NCBI GenBank assembly: GCA_016204035.1
Contig: JACQLN010000007.1
Coordinates: forward strand, 1 to 44,244
Origin: Parcubacteria group bacterium
GTDB lineage: Bacteria; Patescibacteriota; Minisyncoccia; JACQLN01
Direction: 5' to 3'
DNA length: 44,244 nt
Below, one piece after another: positions 1 to 7,673 of this stretch (positions are counted from its first letter, which is position 1; each line of letters starts with the position of its first letter). The notes under the pieces are model-generated. The model made no database searches. It was not told the DNA's origin and worked only from the letters and a program-made list of their open reading frames with translations. A program made the position numbers and the translations under genes.

Positions 1-976
1 AATTAAGCCAGCCGAAGGCGCTGTTGTTTTCAATAAATTCGGCGACACTGCCAGCCGGCTGGTTAAACCCGCTTTTTTTTAAGTATGAATTTATCTCCGC
101 CAACCGCGGGAAAATAACGCTTTCTTCTGAATTTACCAAAGTAAAACTGGAAGTGCTTAATAACTTGGCGTTAAAACTGTTAAAAGCCGAGGCCACAAAA
201 TTGTTTTTTCCGGAAAATAAAAACGCTCCGGCGCTTAAAGGCACCACCAGTATAAAAAAAGCGGCCAGATACGTTCTAAACTTAAATCCATCGTTTTCTC
301 CGGAAGATTCGGTTTCTTTGTCTTCGGCTTTTCCTTGGAAACTCCTCCGCCTTTTAGCCAGTTCCTTAAGTTCAAAAATCCTTTCCGGGGCCGACAAGCT
401 GACGCGGAACCAGTCGTCTTCAACCCTAAACTGATCTTGTTCCGGCTGATCAAAAGGCGCGGCCGGCCAATCCGGCGGCGCGATGTTGAGTTTTATTTCA
501 ACCAATCCGTCATTTTTAATTGGATCAGCTTCCCTGTTTAAGGCTAAATCCGGGTAAACATCGCGCCGAGGCGGTTCAATTCGGCTGAATTTTTTTATCA
601 GCTCCGCGTCTTTTTTATCTATATTTTCCAGTTCGGCCAGAATCTTTTCGCGCGAATTTTCGGCAAGCACGGGAGTGTTTTTAATAAAACTGCGTTCAGC
701 GCTCAGCAACTGGCCAAACTGATGGTGCGGCTTTTTTTTAGTGAATATGGCCCGGGTTAGCGGATCCGCCGATTCATTAGTAATAGCCAGATCAGCTGGC
801 CACACCGGTTCGCTCAAAAGGTCAAATTCCAAAACATCCGGCTCCGGTAATTCCTCTTCATTATTATAGATTAGAGATTTTATTTTTTTAACTTTAATTC
901 TGCCGGAAGCAACGGAATTGGCAGCGCGGCGAGGCGGAATTTTATTGGGATTTATAAAAACAAAATCCGAACTCAT
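1..976 (-). CDS. Hypothetical membrane-anchored protein. The N-terminal ~325 aa are visible and the 3' end runs off the left edge.
   Basis: My own translation from the ATG (reverse complement of cat at 974-976) gives MSSDFVFINPNKIPPRRAANS... and stays open to base 1. It has one hydrophobic span (YLAAFFILVVPLSAGAFLF). It is absent from the ORF track because there is no stop codon inside the window. Confidence 0.6.
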   Translation of the reverse strand, partial: MSSDFVFINPNKIPPRRAANSVASGRIKVKKIKSLIYNNEEELPEPDVLEFDLLSEPVWPADLAITNESADPLTRAIFTKKKPHHQFGQLLSAERSFIKNTPVLAENSREKILAELENIDKKDAELIKKFSRIEPPRRDVYPDLALNREADPIKNDGLVEIKLNIAPPDWPAAPFDQPEQDQFRVEDDWFRVSLSAPERIFELKELAKRRRSFQGKAEDKETESSGENDGFKFRTYLAAFFILVVPLSAGAFLFSGKNNFVASAFNSFNAKLLSTSSFTLVNSEESVIFPRLAEINSYLKKSGFNQPAGSVAEFIENNSAFGWLN

Positions 977-1060
977 AAGTAACAAGGAAACTTAAAAATA
1001 TATCTTTAAGCATACTCCAGCCACTTCCATTTTACAATCGTTTCCATCCCCATAATCCGT

Positions 1061-1100
1061 AAAATAACAAAACACCCGACTCGCCTAGAGAGTTGGGTGT
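1061..1100 (-). terminator. Rho-independent terminator of rnpB
   Basis: On the - strand: AACACCCAAC-loop-GUCGGGUGUU followed by UUGUUAUUU, immediately after the 3' strand of P1. Confidence 0.7.
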
Positions 1101-1427
1101 TTCTGTTAAGAAAGCCGTAAGCCGAATTCTGTGCCAATTTGTCCTGTGAGTGTGCTAACACGAACAGCTGACAAAATGAGCACCCGCCAAAACTTTTGAC
1201 AAGCAAAAGTTGGGCGGGTCGTCAATTTTGTAGTCGCTCGTCAAACTCGCGAACAAAATTGCGATGATCATTCATCTGGGATCCCGATCGCTCGGAACCT
1301 CTAGCGACTCTTCCGCGATAATAACTGTCATTATCGGGACACGGTCTTGCACCAAGTGGGGTTTACAACCGATCAGTATCGCTACTGACCGAAGTCGCGT
1401 TTGGCGCGACACTTTTCACCTTTTGCC

Positions 1428-1499
1428 GAACCGCAGACGACGCTGACCTTACGCTGACTACGCGGAATTACTTCCGTGTTGATCCGCGTTTGATCTGCG
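1428..1499 (-). repeat. 72-nt repeat unit inside rnpB, copy 1 (P12 position)
   Basis: Near-identical to 1610-1682. Contains GTTGATCCGCGT and internal inverted repeats. Confidence 0.9.
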
Positions 1500-1609
1500 T
1501 GATTCAGCGGCTGGTTAGTATAGTCTCTGTTGCGAGCGCTCACGAAATCAGCTGACATCCATGAACGCACCTCCAACGTTATGTCGGAGACTTTCCCTGG
1601 GCTTCTTCC

Positions 1610-1682
1610 AAACCGCAGACCGACGCTGACTTTACGCTGACTACGCGGAATTACTTCCGTGTTGATCCGCGTTTGATCTGCG
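1610..1682 (-). repeat. 73-nt repeat unit inside rnpB, copy 2
   Basis: Direct repeat of 1428-1499 with a 1-nt indel and about 2 substitutions. Confidence 0.9.
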
Positions 1683-1937
1683 TCTTCCGCGATATGGGTT
1701 ACTCCCGGTTGCATTTCGCAACCACTTTTTTGCCAATTTCATCTGAAGCGTTAGCGAAGCTATGAAATTGAGCACCCCGCGAAGCCCGTTAGGGCGAAGC
1801 GGGGTCCACCGTCGCTAAAGCTATGGTGGACGCTCAATTTTGTAATTGCTCGCCAAGCTCGCGAACAAAATAGGCGGTGTTCGGACTTTCCTCTCCAACG
1901 CAACGTCGGAGCGATCATCTCACTTTCTTAACATTTT

Positions 1938-1966
1938 AATGATACTCCATAAAAAGTCCTGGGTCA
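1938..1966 (-). promoter_or_regulatory. Sigma70-type promoter of rnpB
   Basis: - strand: TTGACC (rc of 1961-1966), 17-nt spacer, TATCAT (rc of 1938-1943), then 7 nt to the first base of P1. Confidence 0.6.
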
Positions 1967-2041
1967 AACATGGGTATCGGATATGTATCTTAACCTAAAC
2001 AACCTAGATCAGCGGGGTCAAATCTTTCCGATTATCACCCA

Positions 2042-2085
2042 TATCTTACTATCAACCATACGATCGTATGATAAATAGTAATATA
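2042..2085. promoter_or_regulatory. 44-bp palindrome centred on CATACGATCGTATG, downstream flank of the wHTH-Cas2-like gene
   Basis: A perfect 14-bp palindrome lies at 2057-2070. The outer arms TATCTTACTAT and TAGTAATATA are symmetric. Confidence 0.85.
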
Positions 2086-2125
2086 TAATCAGATCTAAAA
2101 ATAGCATGGTTTAGTAAATTTATAA

Positions 2126-2659
2126 CTAAAATATATCAATAGTACCTTTTTTATCAACACTCACTATATGAACTTTACCTTGAAGTCTTAAATCTTTCAA
2201 AGATTTAAGAAAATCCTCCGGCAAAGGACTATACCCAATCCAAACACTCCTTTGAAGTTGACTATAACCACAACCAGTTAATTCATCCCTTATCAAATCC
2301 CTTTTTCTTCTTTCCATTTCGGGAATATCATACATCACCAACCGTGGAATACCGTCTGGTTTAATTGCTTTCTTAAAATTCAAACCGACACTAATTTTTT
2401 CCTTGCCTTTTGGTGTTAAAACCCAACTAGCCCAACGCCGATCACTTTTTTTAGCTATAAGACCTTGCTGACGTAAACGAGTAAGCACAGCCGAAAAATT
2501 AGGCCGGGAAAATTCATAACCATCGGGCAACCCTAAAACTCTACGCCACATTTTACCCTCAACGCGATTACGCGGGAACAAACTTTCTAAAGATAATTCC
2601 CCAACTTCAGAAATTTTCTCTAAGACAATCCTGGAAAAATTTTTAACTTTATCATTCAT
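2126..2659 (-). CDS. Winged-helix (PaaX-like N-terminus) fused to a Cas2-like ferredoxin-fold domain; paralog 1
   Basis: 177-aa ORF. The C-terminal part, IPRLVMYDIPEMERRKRDLIRDELTGCGYSQLQRSVWIG, matches the Cas2 beta1-alpha1-beta2 signature (hhhhYDI...R..l...L...G...lQ.SVa). The N-terminal ~95 aa look like a wHTH domain. Roughly half the residues are identical to the 39506-40033 product by eye. Confidence 0.7.
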   Translation of the reverse strand: MNDKVKNFSRIVLEKISEVGELSLESLFPRNRVEGKMWRRVLGLPDGYEFSRPNFSAVLTRLRQQGLIAKKSDRRWASWVLTPKGKEKISVGLNFKKAIKPDGIPRLVMYDIPEMERRKRDLIRDELTGCGYSQLQRSVWIGYSPLPEDFLKSLKDLRLQGKVHIVSVDKKGTIDIF

Positions 2660-2678
2660 TTTTTTAATCCTTAATATC

Positions 2679-2721
2679 TATATTACTACTTTATTACGAT
2701 CGTATAAAGTATAGTAAGATA
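2679..2721. promoter_or_regulatory. 43-bp palindrome centred on TACGATCGTA, upstream flank (putative operator) of the wHTH-Cas2-like gene
   Basis: Core at 2695-2704, 36 bp upstream of the start codon. The arms mirror those of the 2042-2085 site. Confidence 0.8.
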
Positions 2722-2780
2722 GATTATGCATAATATGTGTTGGGTATATATGTCGAGTATATTTGAATACAGACACTGTC

Positions 2781-2815
2781 TAAAATAAAACCTCGCGTGG
2801 TAAAAACACGCAAGG
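2781..2815 (-). terminator. Rho-independent terminator
   Basis: - strand: CCUUGCGUG-UUUUUAC-CACGCGAGG (9 bp, one G.U pair) followed by UUUUAUUUU. Confidence 0.6.
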
Positions 2816-3090
2816 TTCGGTTCTTTTCCGACAATATAATAGACGGGGGCATGCAAGACGTGAGTAGGAATCCAGTGATCTCCGCCTTGTCCCTTTACTG
2901 CCAACTGCGGCACTGCATTGGTGATACACCCTTTAGCAAGGATCCTGCCGGCGTACGATCTTCGTCGTCGTCATCATTTCGATCGTCTCCGCTTAGCTTC
3001 AACCTTTTTAAGAGAAGGTGCTTTTACAGAGTGCCGGCATCACGAATCCATTGGAAGGGTTGGATTCCATTCCAAGGCGCCCCCGTCTAT
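2782..3090 (-). ncRNA. Candidate structured non-coding RNA of unknown class (~300 nt)
   Basis: This 450-bp gap has no credible ORF. A 12-bp perfect long-range helix joins ATAGACGGGGGC (2839-2850) to GCCCCCGTCTAT (3079-3090). Several nested complementary pairs follow (GGAAUCCA/UGGAUUCC, GCCGGCACU/AGUGCCGC, CGCCUUG/CAAGGCG). It ends at the terminator above. Strand assignment is tentative. Confidence 0.35.
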
Positions 3091-3113
3091 ATCCTGCTTA
3101 AAAAGAACACAAA

Positions 3114-3566
3114 TTACAATAATTTCTCGCTTTCTCCTTTGCCGTCCAGCGCCTGGTTGACCAGTTCGTCGGCCCGTTTATTGGCTTCACGCGGAATTGA
3201 TTTAAAAATAAGCTTACCGAAATCAAACTTAAGATTCCAGACCTTCATGAACAACACCTGCATTCTTTCTTCGTTAACCTTGTATTCACCGGCCAGTTGC
3301 GAAGCGATAAGTTCGCTGTCTACCCTAAATTCCACCATCAAATTTTTGGTTTTTTCTTTGCCAAAAAATTGTTTCAATTTTTTCAAAGCAAAAATTACCG
3401 CTTCGTATTCGGCTTCGTTGTTGGTGGAAATATCTTCCAGTTTAGCGCCGTATTCTTTTAATTTTTGACCGGACTCGTTTAATACCACCACGCCCACCGC
3501 CGCCGGGCCGGGATTACCCCTGGAACCGCCGTCGGTATAAACAATGATTTTAGAGTTTTTAATCAT
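3114..3566 (-). CDS. rnhA: Ribonuclease HI
   Basis: MIKNSKIIVYTDGGSRGNPGPAA...NNEAEYEAVIFAL...VDSELIASQL...REANKRADELVNQA is a typical RNase H1 motif set. The start was moved to M37 of the track ORF because the upstream part covers a repeat element. Confidence 0.85.
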   Translation of the reverse strand: MIKNSKIIVYTDGGSRGNPGPAAVGVVVLNESGQKLKEYGAKLEDISTNNEAEYEAVIFALKKLKQFFGKEKTKNLMVEFRVDSELIASQLAGEYKVNEERMQVLFMKVWNLKFDFGKLIFKSIPREANKRADELVNQALDGKGESEKLL

Positions 3567-3576
3567 GAAATATATA

Positions 3577-3662
3577 AGAAACATCGTCCCGAGCGGCTCA
3601 TGGAGATGACCGAGACTACAATTGAGAGGCCTCCATGTCGTCCGCGGAGGGACGATGTTTCT
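3577..3662. repeat. Structured intergenic element, type 2 (CATGGAG core), copy 1
   Basis: Closing stem AGAAACATCGTCCC/GGGACGATGTTTCT (14 bp), inner stem CATGGAG/CTCCATG. Lies 5 nt 3' of the recJ stop codon. Confidence 0.85.
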
Positions 3663-3667
3663 GGAAT

Positions 3668-5428
3668 TCAACAAGAAGTGGTTCTGACACTATCCAGTTT
3701 TTTATAATCAACAAGCTTTAATTGTATCTCCTTACTGTCGTTCCATTCATTTTCATCCAATTCGTAAACCACATCTAAAGTGTCGCCGATTTTGAAATCT
3801 TCGGCAAGTCCGTTGTGCCGGAAAAATAAAATCGGAAATTCTTTGCCGGTTTTTTTATCATGGGCGAAAATTTTAAGATGAGCTCCGTTTTGCCCCAATA
3901 AAACCAGTTTTCTAACCTCAACATTTTTGGTTAAAAACCTGGGTTTAGGATTAGCCAGGCCAAACGGTTCAAATTTTTCCAGCAAACCCATTAAATCCCA
4001 GTTGATTTCGCCAAAAGAAACTTCGGCGTTTATATTCAGCTTTTTTCTTAATAATTCCGGAGTTAAAACTTTTTGGGCGTACTCGTTTAATTTTTCTCTT
4101 ATCGTTTCTTCGTCTTCCGCCTTAAAAGTAGAGCCCGCGGCCGCCGGGTGGCCGCCGTATTTTACCAAATATTTAGAAACATAATTGAGGGCATCTATTA
4201 AACTGAAACCGTTTACACTGCGCAACGACCCCCGGCACAAGCCATCGTCTCTTTTTTCAAAAATAAGCGCTGGCCGGTAATACTTTTCCGAGGCCTTAGC
4301 CGCGACCAAGCCGACCAAGGTCAGCGGCCAAGCCGGAGATCCTTCCATTATAAATATGGGAATTTGAGAACGCTTTAATATGGCGACATCAAGTTCTTTT
4401 AATATTTTTTCCGTAATCCGCTGGCGTTCGCGGTTGTTCTGGTTCAAAGTTATTACCAGTTCTTGAATTTTAGATTCGTCGGGAGAATTCAAAAGTTCGT
4501 AAGCCAGATTGGCATGGGCCATGCGACTGGCCGCGTTCAAACGCGGGCCCAAAGAAAAACCCAAAGTCATGGCATCCAAATTGGTTGATAACGTTTCAAG
4601 GTTGTGCCGGGCTTTGATGCCAGACGACTCCATAAGCATTTGCAAACCGACCCTTTTTGTTTTAGCTAGAACAAAAAGCCCGTATTTAACAAAAACCCTG
4701 TTTTCGCCCAGCAGCGGCACCATATCGGCCACCGTGGCCAGAGCCACCAAATCTAAAAGCCATTTGCTTTTACCCTCCGAAGCTTTATGCGTAGGAGGGC
4801 TACTTTGAGTCAAACCGAGATACAGCTTAAACGCCAGGCCGGTGCCGCACAAATCCTTAAACGGATAACTATCGCCTGTTTGGTGCGGATTTATGAAGGC
4901 CGCCGCGGCCGGCCGGCCGACAATAACCTTATGATGATCCACCACGATCATATCTACGCCGCGGTCTTTAGCCCATTGCACTTCTTTATTATTGGTAGTG
5001 CCGCAATCCAAAGTTACAATCAAGTTGGCGCCGGCCGCGGCCAACTGTTCCAGAGCATTCTGATTAACCCCATGTCCTTCTTTCTGCCGGTCAGGTAAGT
5101 AGATCTCGAAAGGATAATTTATACCCCTAAAATACTCGCTTAAAACCGTGGCCGCCGAAACACCGTCCACATCGTAGTCGGAATAGATAACAATTTTTTC
5201 TTTGGCCAGAACGGCCTTATGGATGCGTTCGCAGGCCAACCGCATGTCTTTTAATAAAAAAGGGTCGTGGAGATCCCGTTCGTACTCCGGCTTAAAAAAC
5301 CGATCTATTTTTTCGGCGCTATCCAAACCGCGCTCCCAAAGTAATTGGGGTATAATCGAAAAATATTGCTTAAATTCGGACAAAAAGTCAGAAGGTGGAG
5401 CAGGCGATAAATCCCAACGGTATTTCAT
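3668..5428 (-). CDS. recJ: Single-stranded-DNA-specific exonuclease RecJ
   Basis: 586 aa, with DHH (YSDYDVDG, DHH) and DHHA1 (GGHPAAAG) motifs. Confidence 0.9.
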   Translation of the reverse strand: MKYRWDLSPAPPSDFLSEFKQYFSIIPQLLWERGLDSAEKIDRFFKPEYERDLHDPFLLKDMRLACERIHKAVLAKEKIVIYSDYDVDGVSAATVLSEYFRGINYPFEIYLPDRQKEGHGVNQNALEQLAAAGANLIVTLDCGTTNNKEVQWAKDRGVDMIVVDHHKVIVGRPAAAAFINPHQTGDSYPFKDLCGTGLAFKLYLGLTQSSPPTHKASEGKSKWLLDLVALATVADMVPLLGENRVFVKYGLFVLAKTKRVGLQMLMESSGIKARHNLETLSTNLDAMTLGFSLGPRLNAASRMAHANLAYELLNSPDESKIQELVITLNQNNRERQRITEKILKELDVAILKRSQIPIFIMEGSPAWPLTLVGLVAAKASEKYYRPALIFEKRDDGLCRGSLRSVNGFSLIDALNYVSKYLVKYGGHPAAAGSTFKAEDEETIREKLNEYAQKVLTPELLRKKLNINAEVSFGEINWDLMGLLEKFEPFGLANPKPRFLTKNVEVRKLVLLGQNGAHLKIFAHDKKTGKEFPILFFRHNGLAEDFKIGDTLDVVYELDENEWNDSKEIQLKLVDYKKLDSVRTTSC

Positions 5429-5506
5429 ATTTATAAGTCGGCATCATTCCGAACAACTCTTCAGCCCGGCTCCGGGCAGGGTTCAAAGAGGTTAGGATAA
5501 TAAAAG

Positions 5507-5592
5507 AGAAATATCGTTCCGAGCTGCCTCATGGAGATGACCAAGACTACAATTGAGAGGCCTCCATGCCGGCTGCGAGGAACGATGTTTCT
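5507..5592. repeat. Structured intergenic element, type 2, copy 2
   Basis: AGAAATATCGTTCC/GGAACGATGTTTCT closing stem. The core is about 85% identical to 3577-3662. Lies between pgk and recJ. Confidence 0.85.
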
Positions 5593-5627
5593 CGAATGTT
5601 GGGTGGAGCAAAGAATGACGCTGACAA

Positions 5628-6803
5628 TCAAGATTGATTTTCCAACGCAATAATCCCGGGTAATTCTTCTCCAGCTAAAAATTCCAGCATGGCTCCGCCG
5701 CCGGTGGAAACGTAAGTCATTTTATCTATTAAATTTTCTTCGGTCAAAAAACTTATTAAATCTCCCCCGCCGATTATTTTCTCGCCACGGCTTTCGGCTA
5801 CCGCCTTAGCCACCACCAGCGACCCTTTTTTGAAAGCGGGAACTTCGGTCAGACCCAGCGACCCGTTCCAAATAATCATTCTGGCACTTTTTATAACTTT
5901 TTCAAAAAGAGCCATGGTGTCGGGGCCAATATCAATAATAAATTCATTTTCTCCAACTCGCCCGATCGGCCGCACATTCAAACCATCCGGTCGATTCAGC
6001 GACCGGGAAACAGCCACGTCCACGGGCAGATGCAGATGATTGGAAACTATATCCATTTTTCTTGCCTCACTTACCAGATTTTCATCCACCATGGATTTAC
6101 CCACGGCGAGACCGCGGGCATAAAGCAGGGTGTTGGCCAAAACTCCCCCCAAAAGAATACCGTCCGATTTATCCAAAAACTCCTTAACTAATTTTAATTT
6201 GGTGTCGGCCTTGGCTCCGCCCATTATCAGCACCAGCGGCCGGCGGGGTTGGGCGCGAACCATGGATAAAACGGCTATTTCTTTTTCCAGTAAAAAACCG
6301 GCGTATGATTTTAAGAATTTGGGCAAGCCGACAATGGAAGCGTGAGCGCGGTGCGAAGCCGCGAAAGCGTCGTTAACAAACACATCGCCGTAAGCGCTTA
6401 AACTTTGGGCGAAAGTTTCGTCGTTGGCTTCTTCTTCTTTATAGAAACGAAGGTTCTCCAGTAAAACAGCCCCGCCGTTTTTTAAGTTATTGATTGCTCG
6501 TTCCACAGCAGCGCCTAAAACATCATGGCTGAAGAACAAATCCGCTAGCCACAGTTTTTTAAGCTTTTCAAAAACGGGGTACAAACTATAGTGAAGATCA
6601 TGGCCTCGGGGCCGGCCCAGATGCGCCAAAATAATTATTTTGGCGCCGGCTTGGGCCAAATAATCAAGCGTCGGCACAACCGCGCGAAGCCGCCACTCCG
6701 ACCCCGCCGGCACTTCGCCTTCCTTTATGGGCACGTTAAAATCCACCCGCACCAAAACTTTCTTGCCTTTAACATCACCTATAGATTTTAGAGAAGGCAA
6801 CAT
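5628..6803 (-). CDS. pgk: Phosphoglycerate kinase
   Basis: 391 aa, with VRVDFNVP and GGGDxxx motifs and a full-length PGK layout. Confidence 0.95.
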   Translation of the reverse strand: MLPSLKSIGDVKGKKVLVRVDFNVPIKEGEVPAGSEWRLRAVVPTLDYLAQAGAKIIILAHLGRPRGHDLHYSLYPVFEKLKKLWLADLFFSHDVLGAAVERAINNLKNGGAVLLENLRFYKEEEANDETFAQSLSAYGDVFVNDAFAASHRAHASIVGLPKFLKSYAGFLLEKEIAVLSMVRAQPRRPLVLIMGGAKADTKLKLVKEFLDKSDGILLGGVLANTLLYARGLAVGKSMVDENLVSEARKMDIVSNHLHLPVDVAVSRSLNRPDGLNVRPIGRVGENEFIIDIGPDTMALFEKVIKSARMIIWNGSLGLTEVPAFKKGSLVVAKAVAESRGEKIIGGGDLISFLTEENLIDKMTYVSTGGGAMLEFLAGEELPGIIALENQS

Positions 6804-6819
6804 AAATATATTAAAAAAT

Positions 6820-7560
6820 TTAACGGGAAACAGAAACTATCGCGGCAAATTCCTCGGCGCTAAGCGAAGCGCCGCCAACGAGAGCCCCGTCAATGTAGGG
6901 CTGGCTTAAAAACTTTAGAGCGTTTTCGGAAGTCACCGATCCGCCGTATAAAAACTTTATTTTTTTAGACGGCTCGCCAAACATCTTGAAAGCGGCATGT
7001 TTTAACTCACCGATGATCTGGTTGGACCTGGCGGGGCTATCGGCTTGGGCGCCGGGCGTGGTGCTGATAGCCCAAACCGGTTCGTAAGCCACCGTCAGCC
7101 GAGCCAAGTCGGCCGTTTCCAAACCGGCCGCGCTTTTTTTGAAACTGTCTATAATTTCATCGGCCTCATCGCCCCGCTGAAGCTCGCCCACCGCGGCGAT
7201 AACATTAAAATCCTGCGCTAGCGCGGCTTTGATTTTTTTATTGACATCTTCATCGCTCTCGCCAAAAATCCGCCGGCGTTCGGAATGCCCCACCAACACC
7301 CAGCCAATCCCAACATCTTTAAGCATAGCCAACGAAACTTCACCGGTATAAGCCCCGCGCGCTTCCCAAAAAACATCCTGCGCGCCCCAAGCAATCTGTT
7401 TGAATTTTTTGACCAGTTCCTCCAAAAAAATAAAGGGCGGCAATAAAACCGTCCTTTCAAAATCTTCGGCTTTAATGGCGTAATTGACGCCCGAAGTCAA
7501 CGCTACAGCTTCATTAAGCGTGGACGGATTAAGTTTCCAATTGCCGACTATTAGTTTCAC
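6820..7560 (-). CDS. tpiA: Triosephosphate isomerase (GTG start)
   Basis: 246 aa: GNWKLN, VGHSERR, AYEPVWAI, YGGSV. Confidence 0.95.
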   Translation of the reverse strand: MKLIVGNWKLNPSTLNEAVALTSGVNYAIKAEDFERTVLLPPFIFLEELVKKFKQIAWGAQDVFWEARGAYTGEVSLAMLKDVGIGWVLVGHSERRRIFGESDEDVNKKIKAALAQDFNVIAAVGELQRGDEADEIIDSFKKSAAGLETADLARLTVAYEPVWAISTTPGAQADSPARSNQIIGELKHAAFKMFGEPSKKIKFLYGGSVTSENALKFLSQPYIDGALVGGASLSAEEFAAIVSVSR

Positions 7561-7568
7561 TAGAGTGA

Positions 7569-7663
7569 GTCTGCCGTCTTGAGCGACTTCAAGGAGGTTC
7601 CAGTTAAATTATAGAGAGAGAGGATGGAAGAGCTCCTCCTTGCAGGAGCGAAAGATGGCAGAC
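7569..7663. repeat. Structured intergenic element, type 1 (GAGCGAC-CAAGGAGG core), copy A
   Basis: Closing stem GTCTGCCGTCTT/AAGATGGCAGAC (one G.T pair), conserved core. Lies 10 nt 3' of the galT stop codon. Confidence 0.9.
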
Positions 7664-7673
7664 GAACGAAAAT

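Larger units (their letters stand above)
1105..1931 (-). ncRNA. rnpB: RNase P RNA (bacterial type A-like), ~827 nt with large insertions
   Basis: The - strand carries the universal P4 strands GAGGAAAGUCCG (rc of 1881-1892) and ACAGAAUUCGGCUUA (rc of 1117-1131). It also carries GCAACAGAGA, AGGUGAAAAGUG, GUAAACCCCACUUGGUGCAAGACC and AGAUGAAUGA. P1 is a 9-bp helix UUAAGAAAG/CUUUCUUAA (1922-1930 with 1105-1113), P2 is GAUGAUC/GAUCAUC, and P3 is the hairpin CUCCGACGUUGCGUUGGAG. A promoter and a terminator flank it. Confidence 0.85.

Noticed and set aside
1006-1714. Three track ORFs (1006-1206, 1264-1446, 1382-1714), one with an internally repeated peptide ADQTRINTEVIPRSQRKVSV
   Set aside because: They lie entirely inside the RNase P RNA gene. 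The repeated peptide is just the translation of the 72-nt RNA repeat, and there are no start signals.
2126-2659. A Cas2-like domain as evidence for a CRISPR-Cas locus
   Set aside because: I saw no regularly spaced direct-repeat array, no cas1 and no other cas gene anywhere in the window. The gene is treated as an orphan Cas2-fold protein.
2782-3090. tmRNA identity for the structured interval (- strand starts GGGGGCG, a GGAUUCG box follows, and a CUGUAAAAGC-like stretch is present)
   Set aside because: - There is no T-arm (GGUUCGA-type loop) next to the 3' acceptor strand.
- Pair 3:70 would be G-C rather than G.U.
- No ACCA follows the acceptor strand.
- No reading frame ends in a hydrophobic Ala-rich tag.
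- SRP RNA was also rejected, because the GGAA-tetraloop/AGCA domain IV motif is absent.
2797-3468. 223-aa + strand ORF, and 2918-3160 (+)
   Set aside because: They are antisense to rnhA and run across the non-coding structured interval. Composition is low complexity (Ser/Leu-rich) and there is no RBS.
3567-3674. N-terminal 36 aa of the track rnhA ORF
   Set aside because: It is encoded by the type 2 repeat element, and the RNase H domain starts at M37.
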